Shown here in pieces: positions 33,231 through 43,888 of a stretch of 64,000 nucleotides of DNA; the stretch's first letter is position 1, and each line of letters begins with the position of its first letter. The notes under the pieces were generated by a model. The model worked only from the letters and a program-made list of their open reading frames with translations. It made no database searches and was not told the DNA's origin. This DNA is from Cyanidioschyzon merolae (lineage: Eukaryota): assembly GCA_000091205.1 (NCBI GenBank), contig AP006498.2; one strand, given 5' to 3'. The position numbers were made by a program, and so were the translations under genes.

Positions 33231-34325
33231 TTAGAGAGTGTAGCTCACTTGTGCTGAACACTGTGGCAAATTCCTTTCAAAGACAAACAGCGATCGCTTT
33301 GCGCAGGCCACCTGGTACCCGTGGCCTATTCCGCGGAAACGGGGAGCCAGCGTCACCACCCGGCGCTTCCGCGCCTCAAGTAGTTTCCTACCGATGGCAT
33401 TGTAGATTGTGAGTGTGATCGCTGCGAGCGGTGCGAGGTACATGACTCGCGGAACGGAGCCTTTCATGAGCGTTGCCGGACCCTCCTCTGCAATGATGCG
33501 GCGGAAAGTTGGCAGAATGCCGCGATACGTGCCGTCAGCGCCTTGGGTCATCAGACGGGTCTTCACGACATCTACGGGTGTGAGCATTAAGGCCGCAGTT
33601 GCACCTCCTATTGCGGCTAGGACGAGGTTTTCTTGTCGGTTCGGAGCGCGTTTCTGAATCCGTTCGAAAAGGCGCGACTCTTGGAGGAAAAATAGAAAGG
33701 AAAGCGCGTTCCAAGGAACATCACGAGAAACCGTTGCCCAGTAACCACGATATAGGCCACCGAATCCTTCTTTCTGGAGAATGGTGGGCAGCGCGACCCC
33801 GATGTGAGGATATAGATCCGCCTGGATGCGCTGTTTGAGCACTTCTTGCGGCACTCGAATAAAGGATGCTGCGAAAGCGCCGGCAGCTCCGGAGACCAAA
33901 TCCACCACAACCTGTCGCCAGGCATGATTGCGACCAGAAGACGTAACTTTTGTTGACGCTTGTTTGGTATGCGAAGCTGGCGGCAGTAGCAGCTCGGTGA
34001 GGCGTTGTTTGCACCACTCGTACGCAACGAACTGCACGCCGCCCGCTGGCACCGCGAGAACAACCTGCGGTATCACGCCTTTGATAAACACCCGCGGTGA
34101 CCAGTCTCGACGAACACCCCGGGCCTGAAGTCGGGTACGCACCACATCTATTGGGTGCAGCAGGGTCTGCGCAACACCACGAGCCGAGGACCCTGCCAGC
34201 AACTTCTCCGTAAACGTTAGCTGCGAAAGCGCATCAACGCCAGTGGTCGTAGCAGCTCCGGCGCTGACTGCAATGACAGTTCCAGTTGTCTTCGTAAAGG
34301 CGTTTTTATTCTCTTTTGAACTCAT
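33231..34325 (-). CDS. Mitochondrial carrier family (SLC25) protein.
   Basis: Three-fold repeat bearing carrier signatures HPIDVVRTRLQ and TPVDVVKTRLMTQ, with six predicted TM segments. Confidence 0.85.
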   Translation of the reverse strand: MSSKENKNAFTKTTGTVIAVSAGAATTTGVDALSQLTFTEKLLAGSSARGVAQTLLHPIDVVRTRLQARGVRRDWSPRVFIKGVIPQVVLAVPAGGVQFVAYEWCKQRLTELLLPPASHTKQASTKVTSSGRNHAWRQVVVDLVSGAAGAFAASFIRVPQEVLKQRIQADLYPHIGVALPTILQKEGFGGLYRGYWATVSRDVPWNALSFLFFLQESRLFERIQKRAPNRQENLVLAAIGGATAALMLTPVDVVKTRLMTQGADGTYRGILPTFRRIIAEEGPATLMKGSVPRVMYLAPLAAITLTIYNAIGRKLLEARKRRVVTLAPRFRGIGHGYQVACAKRSLFVFERNLPQCSAQVSYTL

Positions 34326-34649
34326 GGACGTTGTGCGGTCGAGAGTGAGTTCTGGTGTTGCGTGCCGGAGCGAGGCACTGAATTGAACCTATATCGTTTC
34401 GTCCGGTTAGACGCTGAAGAGTACCCTACAGAGCCTCAGTTCAAGTGAATATCCGGTAATACCTAGTTAAAGAAGGCTCAATCGGTTCCAGTAGACACCT
34501 GTTCGAGAAGAGGGATACAATCCGAGCCAAAACTTACGTTCGTACACGTGTACCACAAGAGACTGTAAAACCGCCTTCGAGCCGATGCTCGTAGCGAGCG
34601 CCGCAGGCCACGGCAACCGTTCTGCGGATCGCAGCTGCTCGCGGCGATC

Positions 34650-35740
34650 ACCGGCAGCTCCGGATGGAGAATTTCTGATGAAAAGAAACGAAAAGTCGAT
34701 TATGTAGAATACAGAGGCTCCAAACCAGGGATTCCTCCCTCGTACAATCGTTTTGTTGGTTGAATAGAGCTCGGCAGCTCCGGATGGAGAATTTCTGATG
34801 AAAAGAAACGAAAAGTCGATTACGTAGAATACAGAGGCTCCAAACCAGGGATTCCTCGTCATGCAAATCGTTTTGTCGGTAGAATAGAGCTCGGCAGCTC
34901 CGAATGGAGAATTCCTGATGAAAAGAAACGAAAAGTCGATTACGTAGAATACAGAGGCTCCAAACCAGGGATTCCTCCTTCGTACAATCGTTTTGTTGGT
35001 TGAAAAGAGCTCGGCAGCTCCGGATGGAGAATTCCTGATGAAAAGAAACGAAAAGTCGATTATGTAGAATACAGAGGCTCCAGACCAGGGATTCCTCCTT
35101 CGTACAACCGTTTTGTTGGTTGAAAAGAGCTCGGCAGCTCCGGATGGAGAATTCCTGATGAAAAGAAACGAAAAGTCGATTACGTAGAATACAGAGGCTC
35201 CAAACCAGGGATTCCTCCTTCGTACAATCGTTTTGTTGGTTGAAAAGAGCTCGGCAGCTCCGGATGGAGAATTCCTGATGAAAAGAAACGAAAAGTCGAT
35301 TATGTAGAATACAGAGGCTCCAGACCAGGGATTCCTCCTTCGTACAATCGTTTTGTTGGTTGAAAAGAGCTCGGCAGCTCCGGATGGAGAATTCCTGATG
35401 AAAAGAAACGAAAAGTCGATTACGTAGAATACAGAGGCTCCAAACCAGGGATTCCTCCTTCGTACAACCGTTTTGTTGGTTGAAAAGAGCTCGGCAGCTC
35501 CGGATGGAGAATTCCTGATGAAAAGAAACGAAAAGTCGATTACGTAGAATACAGAGGCTCCAGACCAGGGATTCCTCCTTCGTACAATCGTTTTGTTGGT
35601 TGAAAAGAGCTCGGCAGCTCCGGATGGAGAATTCCTGATGAAAAGAAACGAAAAGTCGATTACGTAGAATACAGAGGCTCCAGACCAGGGATTCCTCCTT
35701 CGTACAACCGTTTTGTTGGTTGAATAGAGCTCGGCTGGTA
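34650..35740. repeat. Tandem satellite with a 120-bp unit and about 9 copies.
   Basis: The unit gctcggcagctccggatggagaattcctgatgaaaagaaacgaaaagtcgattacgtagaatacagaggctccaaaccagggattcctccttcgtacaatcgttttgttggttgaaaaga recurs with exact 120-bp periodicity (unit starts at 34769, 34889, 35009 ...). Copies differ by a few SNPs. Confidence 0.95.
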
Positions 35741-36906
35741 GTGGCCGAGGCTTGCGGGCGCCCTCACAATGCCAGCTTGGATTGACAATTCGCTGAGCTT
35801 GCCGCCGGTATCTTCAGTGCGCCCACCACTCGTGCATAAAGACGCGCCGGTACGCGGCTCTTTCACAGAGCGTTTGCTTGAGCCGACAACCGACAAGGTT
35901 CCGCATAGCCGCTCCGTCTCTGTGAGACAAACGCCGCAGCGGCGTCGCATAGAATGTTGCAGCGGGCGTTCAGGAAAGGCTCTGCACCCGGAAGATCCGC
36001 GATATGGTATTGACCTGACCATTAGTCTGGAGGCAAGTCTGATCTGTGCTTCGTGTAGCGTACATGGATGGAAGGCGGATTGCTGATCCATTTATCGGTT
36101 ACTAAAAGGCATCGAATATCCAGCCGGATTCTGGTGAGATGCATCGTCCTGGAACCTCCGCAGTGTTGAAGGTTTCGATGCGGCGAGCTCCACTGCTCGA
36201 ATGGAAATCGATTACGGGATCTCTTTGTCTAGACATGTCTCATACACGTTGACGTACATATGCAGTCTATATGCTCTAAAGTTCTCCCATTTTGTTGCGT
36301 GCTTTCGCGATCGACACGTCGGTACTCGTTGGCGCCATTTAAGGCACTAGTCGCACCGGAAGCGCGCATGTCGGCACGAGGGATCCCTGCGGTGGCACGG
36401 CACGAAAACGCCATCACTAGCACTCTGCAGCGTCCCACGTGAAGGCATCTGCATCGAGACGAAAAAAGCGAAAGTTTATTCAAAGGCGAGCGACTGAATC
36501 ATGACTAGAGCAGCTGGATGACAACTCTGTGGTGACAGATCTTCTGGAAGCGACCGTGTCACCGAGAGCCCATTCAAGGCATCCAAAGACAGGTGCAGGT
36601 GATATGCTGTCCAATGACTTGGCCGGCTTCGCGAGGACTCGTGCTCAAGGTTGCATTGCCCGCGCCGCGTTGCCGAGAAACGCTCACAGTCCACAGGATA
36701 CCGAGCGTAAAGCAGGACTTGAAACGGCGATTGTTCGCGACAGAAGATCACAGCCTTGGGTATCAAAAAGACCAATATCGCCGAACGGTATTGCAGAGGA
36801 TGTTCACGTGCGTCTGTTCGCCAGACGATGCCGTGGATGTTTGTGCGCAGCGACCCGCGCAAAATGACAGAAGCGTCAGGGAGCATCCACATTGGTGTCA
36901 GATTGA

Positions 36907-37284
36907 AATGGAATACCGACCTGCTCGCTCAGTTCGTGGCTTGCGCATCTCTTCTGAAATATTTGCCGATGTACAGCCTCGATACTACAAGTGCAGATAT
37001 ATGGGCTTGCCGAATCATGCGTAGATTTCGGTTTCGTGGTCGTCTAGTCGCAGGAGCTCCCATGCTGCTCTGTCGCTGGAATTCGTGACGTCTCCGATAC
37101 CAAGATCATCATTCGCGACGCCCTCGAGCAGTGCCGCTTAAAGGAACCGATAGCATCATCCACTTCATACCTGCAAGCCTCCACTCGTCTCCTTTTCGTA
37201 TATGTAGCACGCTAAAAATCGAGCATTCTTCAAGTTTTCGATGGATCCGTTCCAAGACACCACTCGTGGACGCAGCGAATCGCG
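36907..37284. mobile_element. Second near-identical copy of the A-part of the dispersed repeat, ending about 125 bp upstream of the XPD start codon.
   Basis: Two mismatches versus 19573-19950. Flanking sequences are unrelated. Confidence 0.8.
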
Positions 37285-37408
37285 CTTCATGCGGGACGTG
37301 CGGCTCACGCGGACTCTATGCTGCACACTTGGTCTTCATGCTGCGTCGTTTGTGCTTTTATGCACCAGCTCAACAAGGCTCTAAATAGAGACCTGCATTC
37401 TCTGCGGG

Positions 37409-39757
37409 ATGATCTTCAATGTAGAGAATGTCAAGGTTTACTTTCCCTACGACTACGTCTATCCTGAGCAGTACGCGTATATGCGCGAGTTGAAGCGTGC
37501 GCTCGACTCGAATGGGCACTGCATTCTTGAAATGCCGACCGGCACGGGAAAGACGGTGACCCTTTTATCGTTCATCACCTCGTACCAGCTTGCCCACAGA
37601 GAGGTTAGGAAGCTGATCTACTGCACGCGCACTGTTGGAGAACTGGAGAAAGTCCTATCTGAGCTGGAGGTCGTAATCAGGTACCGCGACGCGCAACTTG
37701 AAAAGGCAGGGAAACGCGACCAGGCTGCCGCGGTCTTGGCGGTAGGCCTCACAACTCGACGGAACCTGTGTTTGCAGTCGGCAGTCTCCAAGGCCGAGAG
37801 TCGCGAAGAGGCCGACTCGCTCTGCCGATCACTCACCGCGAGTTGGGTTCGGGAATCTCACTCGGCCGCAATCGCTCGTTTTGAGAAGAACCCCGACCTT
37901 GAAGACCTACCCACCACGCTATGCCAGTTCTACGAGGGCTATCGACGGGAAGGCAACGATGCGATCCTACCTTCGGGGATCTACACGCTCGAGAAGGTAC
38001 TCCAGATCGGTCGAGAGCGGGGCTGGTGCCCCTACTACACGGTTCGACATACCATGAATTTCGCCAATGTGATTGTGTACAATTATCAGTACCTGCTGGA
38101 TCCGAAGATTGCAGGCCTCATTTCGCGAGAACTCTCCCGTGAGTGTATCGTTGTTTTCGACGAGGCACACAATATCGATAATGTCTGCATCGATGCGCTG
38201 AGCGTGAGTCTTCGACTGGACGACCTGCGACGTGCTCAAGCAAACGTTGTAAGCTTGCGCAATCGGATCCAAGAAATTCGAACACATGACGAAAGGCGTC
38301 TCCTTGAGGAATACCGTCGCATCCTACAAGGCATTCGACGGCCCGCGGACGTGGACGCCTTCACAATCGAAGCCTCGCCCGTCATTCCAGAAGATGTTTT
38401 GCAGGAGACCATCCCGGGCAATATCCGACGAGGTGAACACTTTCTCTTGTTTCTGCTTCGATTGATCGATTTCTTCCGACAACGAATGCGATCGACGCAA
38501 GTGACCCAGGATACACCTCGGAATTTCCTCCATGCTCTGATGCCGTCAGTTCAGATCCCTGACTCGAAACCGTTGCGGTTTTGTTCGGATCGGCTTGCGT
38601 CACTGCTGCAAACGCTGGAAATCAGCAATGTTCGCGATTTTGTGTCGCTCCAAAAGCTTGCACACTTTGCAACGCTGCTTGGAACCTATTCGCAGGGCTT
38701 TTCCGTGATCATGGAACCGTACGATGAGCGCGCCCCGAACGTGCCGGATCCTGTCTTGCAATTGAGTTGTCTGGATGCCTCTATCGGGATGCGACCAATT
38801 TTCACCCGTTTCCAGTCGGTGATTCTGACCTCGGGAACGATCTCACCCCTGGATCTCTATGCGCGTATCCTGGGCTTCCGACCTGCGGTCGCACACTCGC
38901 TGAACATATCGCTGCACCGGGCGTCCATTTGTCCGATGGTGATCGCCCGCGGCTCCGACCAGATCGCGATCAGCAGCAAATACGATAGCCGCAGAGATCC
39001 GAGCGTCATTCGCAACTATGGTGCGCTACTGGTCGAGCTGGCCAGCGTCGTACCAGATGGCGTCGTTGGATTTTTCACGAGTTACATTTATCTGGAAAGC
39101 GTCGTGCAGATGTGGCACCAGATGGGAATTATTCAAAAGTTGCTAGAGCACAAGCTCGTCTTCATCGAGACGCCGGACATTTTTGAGAGTTCGGTTGCGC
39201 TGGAGAACTACCGACGAGCTTGTGATAGCGGCCGAGGAGCGATCTTTCTCTGCGTTGCTCGGGGAAAAGTTGCTGAAGGAATCGATTTTGACCGACACTA
39301 TGGGCGCTGCGTCGTCATAATCGGCGTGCCGTTCCAGTACACAGAAAGTCGTGTCCTGCGCGCTCGGCTGGAGTTTCTTCGCGAGCACCTGCAGATACGC
39401 GAGGGTGACTTTTTAACGTTTGACGCGATGCGACAGGCTGCGCAATGCATGGGACGGGTTATCCGTTCTAAAGTGGATTACGGACTCATGATTCTGGCAG
39501 ATCGTCGCTATAATCGGGCGCAGAATCGGAGCAAACTGCCGCTATGGATTCAGAGCCATCTCGATGAGGGCAAAGTGGACCTCAGCACCGACATGGCGTT
39601 GGGTATCATTCAAGAGTTTCTGATCCGAATGGCGCAGCCGCTGGATCGGAAGGAAATGATCGGGACAACGCTGCTTCGTGAGATCGATCTGCAGGCGCCT
39701 GGGGACACCAGTTTTTCGGAGACCGCATCGCCAATAGCGCTCATGGGATCCGCTTGA
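37409..39757 (+). CDS. XPD: TFIIH helicase XPD/ERCC2 (Rad3). The complete gene is a single ORF.
   Basis: MIFNVENVKVYFPYDYVYPEQYAYMRELKRALDSNGHCILEMPTGTGKTVTLLSFI is almost identical to the XPD N-terminus. DEAH box VVFDEAHNIDN. C-terminal HD2 motifs GAIFLCVARGKVAEGIDF...RCVVIIGVPF. Confidence 0.95.
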   Translation: MIFNVENVKVYFPYDYVYPEQYAYMRELKRALDSNGHCILEMPTGTGKTVTLLSFITSYQLAHREVRKLIYCTRTVGELEKVLSELEVVIRYRDAQLEKAGKRDQAAAVLAVGLTTRRNLCLQSAVSKAESREEADSLCRSLTASWVRESHSAAIARFEKNPDLEDLPTTLCQFYEGYRREGNDAILPSGIYTLEKVLQIGRERGWCPYYTVRHTMNFANVIVYNYQYLLDPKIAGLISRELSRECIVVFDEAHNIDNVCIDALSVSLRLDDLRRAQANVVSLRNRIQEIRTHDERRLLEEYRRILQGIRRPADVDAFTIEASPVIPEDVLQETIPGNIRRGEHFLLFLLRLIDFFRQRMRSTQVTQDTPRNFLHALMPSVQIPDSKPLRFCSDRLASLLQTLEISNVRDFVSLQKLAHFATLLGTYSQGFSVIMEPYDERAPNVPDPVLQLSCLDASIGMRPIFTRFQSVILTSGTISPLDLYARILGFRPAVAHSLNISLHRASICPMVIARGSDQIAISSKYDSRRDPSVIRNYGALLVELASVVPDGVVGFFTSYIYLESVVQMWHQMGIIQKLLEHKLVFIETPDIFESSVALENYRRACDSGRGAIFLCVARGKVAEGIDFDRHYGRCVVIIGVPFQYTESRVLRARLEFLREHLQIREGDFLTFDAMRQAAQCMGRVIRSKVDYGLMILADRRYNRAQNRSKLPLWIQSHLDEGKVDLSTDMALGIIQEFLIRMAQPLDRKEMIGTTLLREIDLQAPGDTSFSETASPIALMGSA

Positions 39758-40208
39758 TACGAGGCTGTGTACACGCGACGACTGCGGCGACCTCGCTGCG
39801 AAAAGGGCGTCACTGGGGTGCTCGTGTATATCGCTCCTGCCAGTCAACCGAGTGCAATCGTTTGGAGCGATTTGCTCGTAAGCCTAAGCGGCAGAGTCGC
39901 CAGCACTTACCGGGCATGCGGTATGAGATGGGTCAGCACCCTGGCTACGGCAGTTGATCCTAGCACATGTTCACTGCTTCCACCACCTGGGAACTAGCTT
40001 CAGACACGGTGTAGAGCGGTGGCTCCGGCACCGAAGTCTACAGTGGTCACAGTGTCTGCAGGCGTCGTGGGTTAAACTCGGAGCCGTGCGTTCCGCAGAA
40101 CGCCTGCAACATCATGCACTTTTTGCATGTACTTGTGTGTTTCTCGCAGTTACTCCATAAAAGGAATCTATCCTTTAGATTGGAGAGAGGTCGCTGAAAG
40201 ACTGTAGG

Positions 40209-40436
40209 ATGTCGCTGCCCGCATGCGAACAAGCGGCCTGGCATTTAAATGTGCGTCATTCTACGGTCAGCAGGTGGATGAAGTACGCTTCATGTAGTCA
40301 TGAGCGAGAATGTCGTGCACCCAAAATGGATCCTATGAAACTCTACGTAAAAGAATGTGTCCTGCATGTGCGTGGCAGGCAGCAGCAAGGCGCGCATGCG
40401 CTCAAGTTCGGGCTGCCCACGGAGGAGGTAATGTAA
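40209..40436 (+). other. Small ORF with a MerR/IS607-TnpA-like helix-turn-helix, about 530 bp upstream of TnpB-like copy 2.
   Basis: EQAAWHLNVRHSTVSRWMKYAS resembles the A..lgVs.sTvrRW.k HTH. No intact serine-recombinase catalytic motif was seen. This is weak evidence. Confidence 0.2.
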
Positions 40437-40964
40437 AGGTACTTGAGGAATCGAAGATGCGTACGTAGGGCAGGCGAGGCTCAGTCCCAACGTTTTCCCA
40501 GAGCGTCTGAATCCCATAAAACGGATATCCAGTATCTCAACAACATCTGTGTCACTTTGGCGGGTGAAGAAGAAAGCTAGCAAGATGGAGAAGGAGAAGG
40601 AATTTTCAGAAAAGTGAACAACGAGGGACAGGAAGGAAGATTTGTTTGAGCGGGAAGAACAGCCTGGAACCGGTGTCAAGAACCCTCTACTGAATCAAAG
40701 ATATTGGGAGCATCCTCCGAAACGTGAGGTGCATGGCATCATTGCGAGCCGTTGAGCTGCTCACTCGAGGAAGGCTCGTCCGGCTTCCCGCGCCTCGGCA
40801 CACCTCGTCAACCAACTGTTCGCATGCGTTGCGGACGTAGGGCTGCCAGCTTTACACATTTCTCCGGAATTTTCTCATCAAGTTTTCGTGCGTCAAGTGA
40901 CGCTCGGGACAGAAGATGCAAAACGACCTGATTCTCCAGAGGTCGGTATCATCGAGTTCCGAGC

Positions 40965-41657
40965 ATGATGAACGCCACGAGGCACACCAACAAGTGGGAT
41001 GATGGCGTCAGGACTCATCTCGATGCACTGAAAACCGAATCGAGGAGAGCCGTACGCTCTGTACGCTTCATTCAGAGCGTAAATGAGCGACCAAATGCCG
41101 CATGCGTACGATGCTTGGCAGGAGTTCATGAGATCGTGCTGGGTGGCGATCGGTTGCGGTTGCTCGATGGCAAGGAACATGCATTCGTTGTCTTATTCAA
41201 TAAGCTGGAAAAGGAAGTCCCCGAAAATTTGCGTCGTTCAGTGACAGACTATAGCTCTGGACGTGCGGTGACGCTCAGGGGCTGCACTCTTGCTCCTTTG
41301 ACCAGAGTGTACCAAGAGTGGAGGAATCGATTCCGCAAGATTTCCATCGATGCGTTCAGGACGCCATACACGCACCACGAGCACTTGTGCATGCTGGAAG
41401 AGGAAGAGAAGAAGCGAACAGTGAAACAGAGCTGGATGCACGAGATTGCGAAGGGCACGCTGATCGAGCATCAGATGGCGATGCAGTTGAAGATGAGAGG
41501 CTTGCTATGGTGTGATTCGACCAGAGACCATGCGCACAAGCGCCTTCTCCCGCGATACTTGAACGCCTCGATCAGTATTCGGAAATGTCTCGTACTTTTG
41601 GAGCTTTCGGCGGATTGGTTTCGAGCGATTTTTTCGAGAAAACTGTTTCGTACTTAA
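40965..41657 (+). CDS. TnpB/Fanzor-like protein fragment or derivative, copy 2, a diverged paralogue of 28005-28943.
   Basis: Collinear with copy 1 over about 230 aa: AFVVLFNKLEKEV...SGRAVTLRGCTLAPLTRVYQEW...ISIDAFRTPYTHHEHLC...MRGLLWCDSTRDHAHKRLLPRYLNASISIRKC. The E-equivalent is A and the D-equivalent is Y. Confidence 0.45.
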   Translation: MMNATRHTNKWDDGVRTHLDALKTESRRAVRSVRFIQSVNERPNAACVRCLAGVHEIVLGGDRLRLLDGKEHAFVVLFNKLEKEVPENLRRSVTDYSSGRAVTLRGCTLAPLTRVYQEWRNRFRKISIDAFRTPYTHHEHLCMLEEEEKKRTVKQSWMHEIAKGTLIEHQMAMQLKMRGLLWCDSTRDHAHKRLLPRYLNASISIRKCLVLLELSADWFRAIFSRKLFRT

Positions 41658-41875
41658 TGTTCGTATTCTGCTGAAACACTGGCATCTTCCACTGCAAAAA
41701 CATCAGTATCTAGAAAAAAGGTGCCGGATTCTTGCTTGCAGCAAGGTAATCGCATACCACGAGTCAACGGTCCCGCAAAGCTGGAGCGCCATATTTATCT
41801 ATACATCGGGAACGATCTCCCTGAGCAACGATTACATCATGATGGTATCCCATGATTCGATACCACTGGGTATAC

Positions 41876-42844
41876 TCAGAGGAGACACGGGACCAGCGCT
41901 GGACGTTTCTGAACAAATTCCACGAGCGGATAACGTCGCCTGAGGCATTCCTTGCTGAGCACCGCTGTATGGCCCAGATTGGTGGCCACGAAAAGCATCA
42001 CCATGCCAGGCAGGGCGGCGCATAGCCCCACGCACCCCGAAACGACCAGATAGCCGATCAGAATGCCATAGATCAGTATTTCAGCGAGATAATGGGGGCA
42101 CGTACTCCAGCGAAATAACCCCCGCGTCACAATCGCGTACTTCGGAGAACACGACACAGCGTCGTGTACAGCGTAGTGAGAGCGTGGGCGCTTGTGCGCC
42201 TTGCGAACTCGAGCAAGCTCGTAGTGTGCCCAGAATTGCGCAAAGTTGGCGGCACTGAAACAGATGAGAAGCAACGTGAGCGGTATTGTGCTTTGCTTCC
42301 GCATGTGCAGCGCCGGCAGCAGATCTAGATCACTCAGGCACTGGCCATGATGATGACAGCAGCTCCGACCCCACACCCAGAGTATCGGCAGAGATACGTA
42401 AAAAGATAGCCCGGCGGCAGTAAGGACGAGCGGAAGTTTTTGTTCGGTGAAGCTATGGATAAAATAGCTCTCACCGAGACGTCGCAGGGTGTGCACTTGG
42501 AACAGGGTCGCTACCCAACCATACGCAGTTGCGCAGCTACAGCTGACCTGTTCTCTTCGCGCACTATATCGACAGAGGTTCGCAAGTCGTGTGTGGTAGA
42601 GCAAAGCGCCGTTCCAGATGAAGGCTACCAAGTAAAATGCGCGGAAAGTCTGCGCACGAGAAAGCGTGCCCCAACGCCTTTGCGTTTTCCGTTGGTCCAG
42701 GGTATCGTCTTCGCTGTGCCGTAGGCCGCCATACCGGGTCCACGCGTCAAGTCGCGTACTCCAGATTTTGCCAACTGTCAGCGACAGCGCACACGCCCAA
42801 TACACAAGAAGACTGACACCTACAGCGCTGCAGATCATACGCAA
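41876..42844 (-). CDS. Polyprenol reductase / 3-oxo-5-alpha-steroid 4-dehydrogenase family (SRD5A3/DFG10-like).
   Basis: The C-terminal VTRGLFRWSTCPHYLAEILIYGILIG matches the Steroid_dh signature (G.y..vs.PnY.gE...w.G). Multi-TM. Confidence 0.7.
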   Translation of the reverse strand: MRMICSAVGVSLLVYWACALSLTVGKIWSTRLDAWTRYGGLRHSEDDTLDQRKTQRRWGTLSRAQTFRAFYLVAFIWNGALLYHTRLANLCRYSARREQVSCSCATAYGWVATLFQVHTLRRLGESYFIHSFTEQKLPLVLTAAGLSFYVSLPILWVWGRSCCHHHGQCLSDLDLLPALHMRKQSTIPLTLLLICFSAANFAQFWAHYELARVRKAHKRPRSHYAVHDAVSCSPKYAIVTRGLFRWSTCPHYLAEILIYGILIGYLVVSGCVGLCAALPGMVMLFVATNLGHTAVLSKECLRRRYPLVEFVQKRPALVPCLL

Positions 42845-43050
42845 TCCGCGTCACTGGTTACTTCGACGTTCCAGCGTCTCAGTGTCCGTCTACTTGCCTA
42901 CCTACCTGCCTAGCTCCCAGTGAGCTCTCCTTCCAATACCTCATCATCGCCCGGAGAAGCGACTTGCAGTCATTGCGGCGGCCGCGTCGGCACCCCAGAT
43001 CGCGCAGTGTAGCGTAGGCCATCGGTTGCGCTCGAGCTATTGCCGCGGAC

Positions 43051-43830
43051 TTGACACGGGCTCACGTTCGTTTATGGATGGAGGGAGAGTACCGACTAAC
43101 GCGCAGCTATGCAGTCGTTGACATAACAGCGCAAGTGGATGACTCCGCTATTTTAGAACCTTTCGCGTGCGTGATGGCGCGTGCACGGATCGGGCCTCGG
43201 ACCCGCGTCGGTGCTCACTCCGTTGTTGGCGTTGGCGTTTCCGTCGGCGCTGACTGCTGCATCTACCACCACGTAACGTTGCTGAACTGCGATATCGGTG
43301 ACCGGTGTGTGATTCATAGCGGGGTAGCTATCGGTCAGGACGGATTTGGTTTCGAAGTTGACCAACAGACCGGCAAAGTCCGGAAAAAGCCCCAAGAACT
43401 CAGTGTGCGCATCGGTAACGAAGTTGAGATCGGGGCCAATACGTGCATTGATCGGGGCAGCTGGCGTGACACGTTGATTGAGGATGCCGTTAAAATCGAT
43501 AACCTTGTTCAGATTGGTCACAACGTTCAAGTTGGCGCAAATACATTTATTTGCGGGCAAGCCGGTGTTGCGGGGAGCACCAAAATCGGTCGGTACTGCC
43601 GCTTCGGAGGACGCAGCGGAGCCGTTGATCACCTCGAAATCGGTGACCATGTCGATGTGGCCGCGAATAGCGTGCTCACGCGCAATGCACCGGGTCATGC
43701 TGTGTACGCTGGCTTCCCGGCAATGCCAATGCGAGAGTGGCGTCATCAACAGGTGACCCTGCGGAGACTGAGTCGTGCGGGCAAACGACAAGTCGATGTC
43801 TCTGCCGATGATCCAGAGTTCCCTAAATAG
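43051..43830 (+). CDS. lpxD: UDP-3-O-(3-hydroxyacyl)glucosamine N-acyltransferase LpxD (left-handed beta-helix). It lacks the usual N-terminal domain, so the start or upstream exon is uncertain.
   Basis: Hexapeptide repeats. KIGRYCRFGGRSGAVDHLEIGDHVDVAANSVLTRNAPGHAVYAGFPAMPMREWRHQQVTL aligns with E. coli LpxD [59 protein letters not shown]. Confidence 0.8.
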   Translation: MTRAHVRLWMEGEYRLTRSYAVVDITAQVDDSAILEPFACVMARARIGPRTRVGAHSVVGVGVSVGADCCIYHHVTLLNCDIGDRCVIHSGVAIGQDGFGFEVDQQTGKVRKKPQELSVRIGNEVEIGANTCIDRGSWRDTLIEDAVKIDNLVQIGHNVQVGANTFICGQAGVAGSTKIGRYCRFGGRSGAVDHLEIGDHVDVAANSVLTRNAPGHAVYAGFPAMPMREWRHQQVTLRRLSRAGKRQVDVSADDPEFPK

Positions 43831-43888
43831 TCCTCTGTTTGTAAGTGAATGCGAAATTCCTAGCCTGAAAATGTTCTCATCGAATTGT

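Noticed and set aside
34650-35740. Considered whether the 120-bp tandem array is a 5S rRNA gene cluster or a CRISPR-like array.
   Set aside because: Neither strand of the monomer contains 5S conserved boxes or helices. The units are near-identical with no variable spacers, and the context is eukaryotic. It is classified as a satellite.
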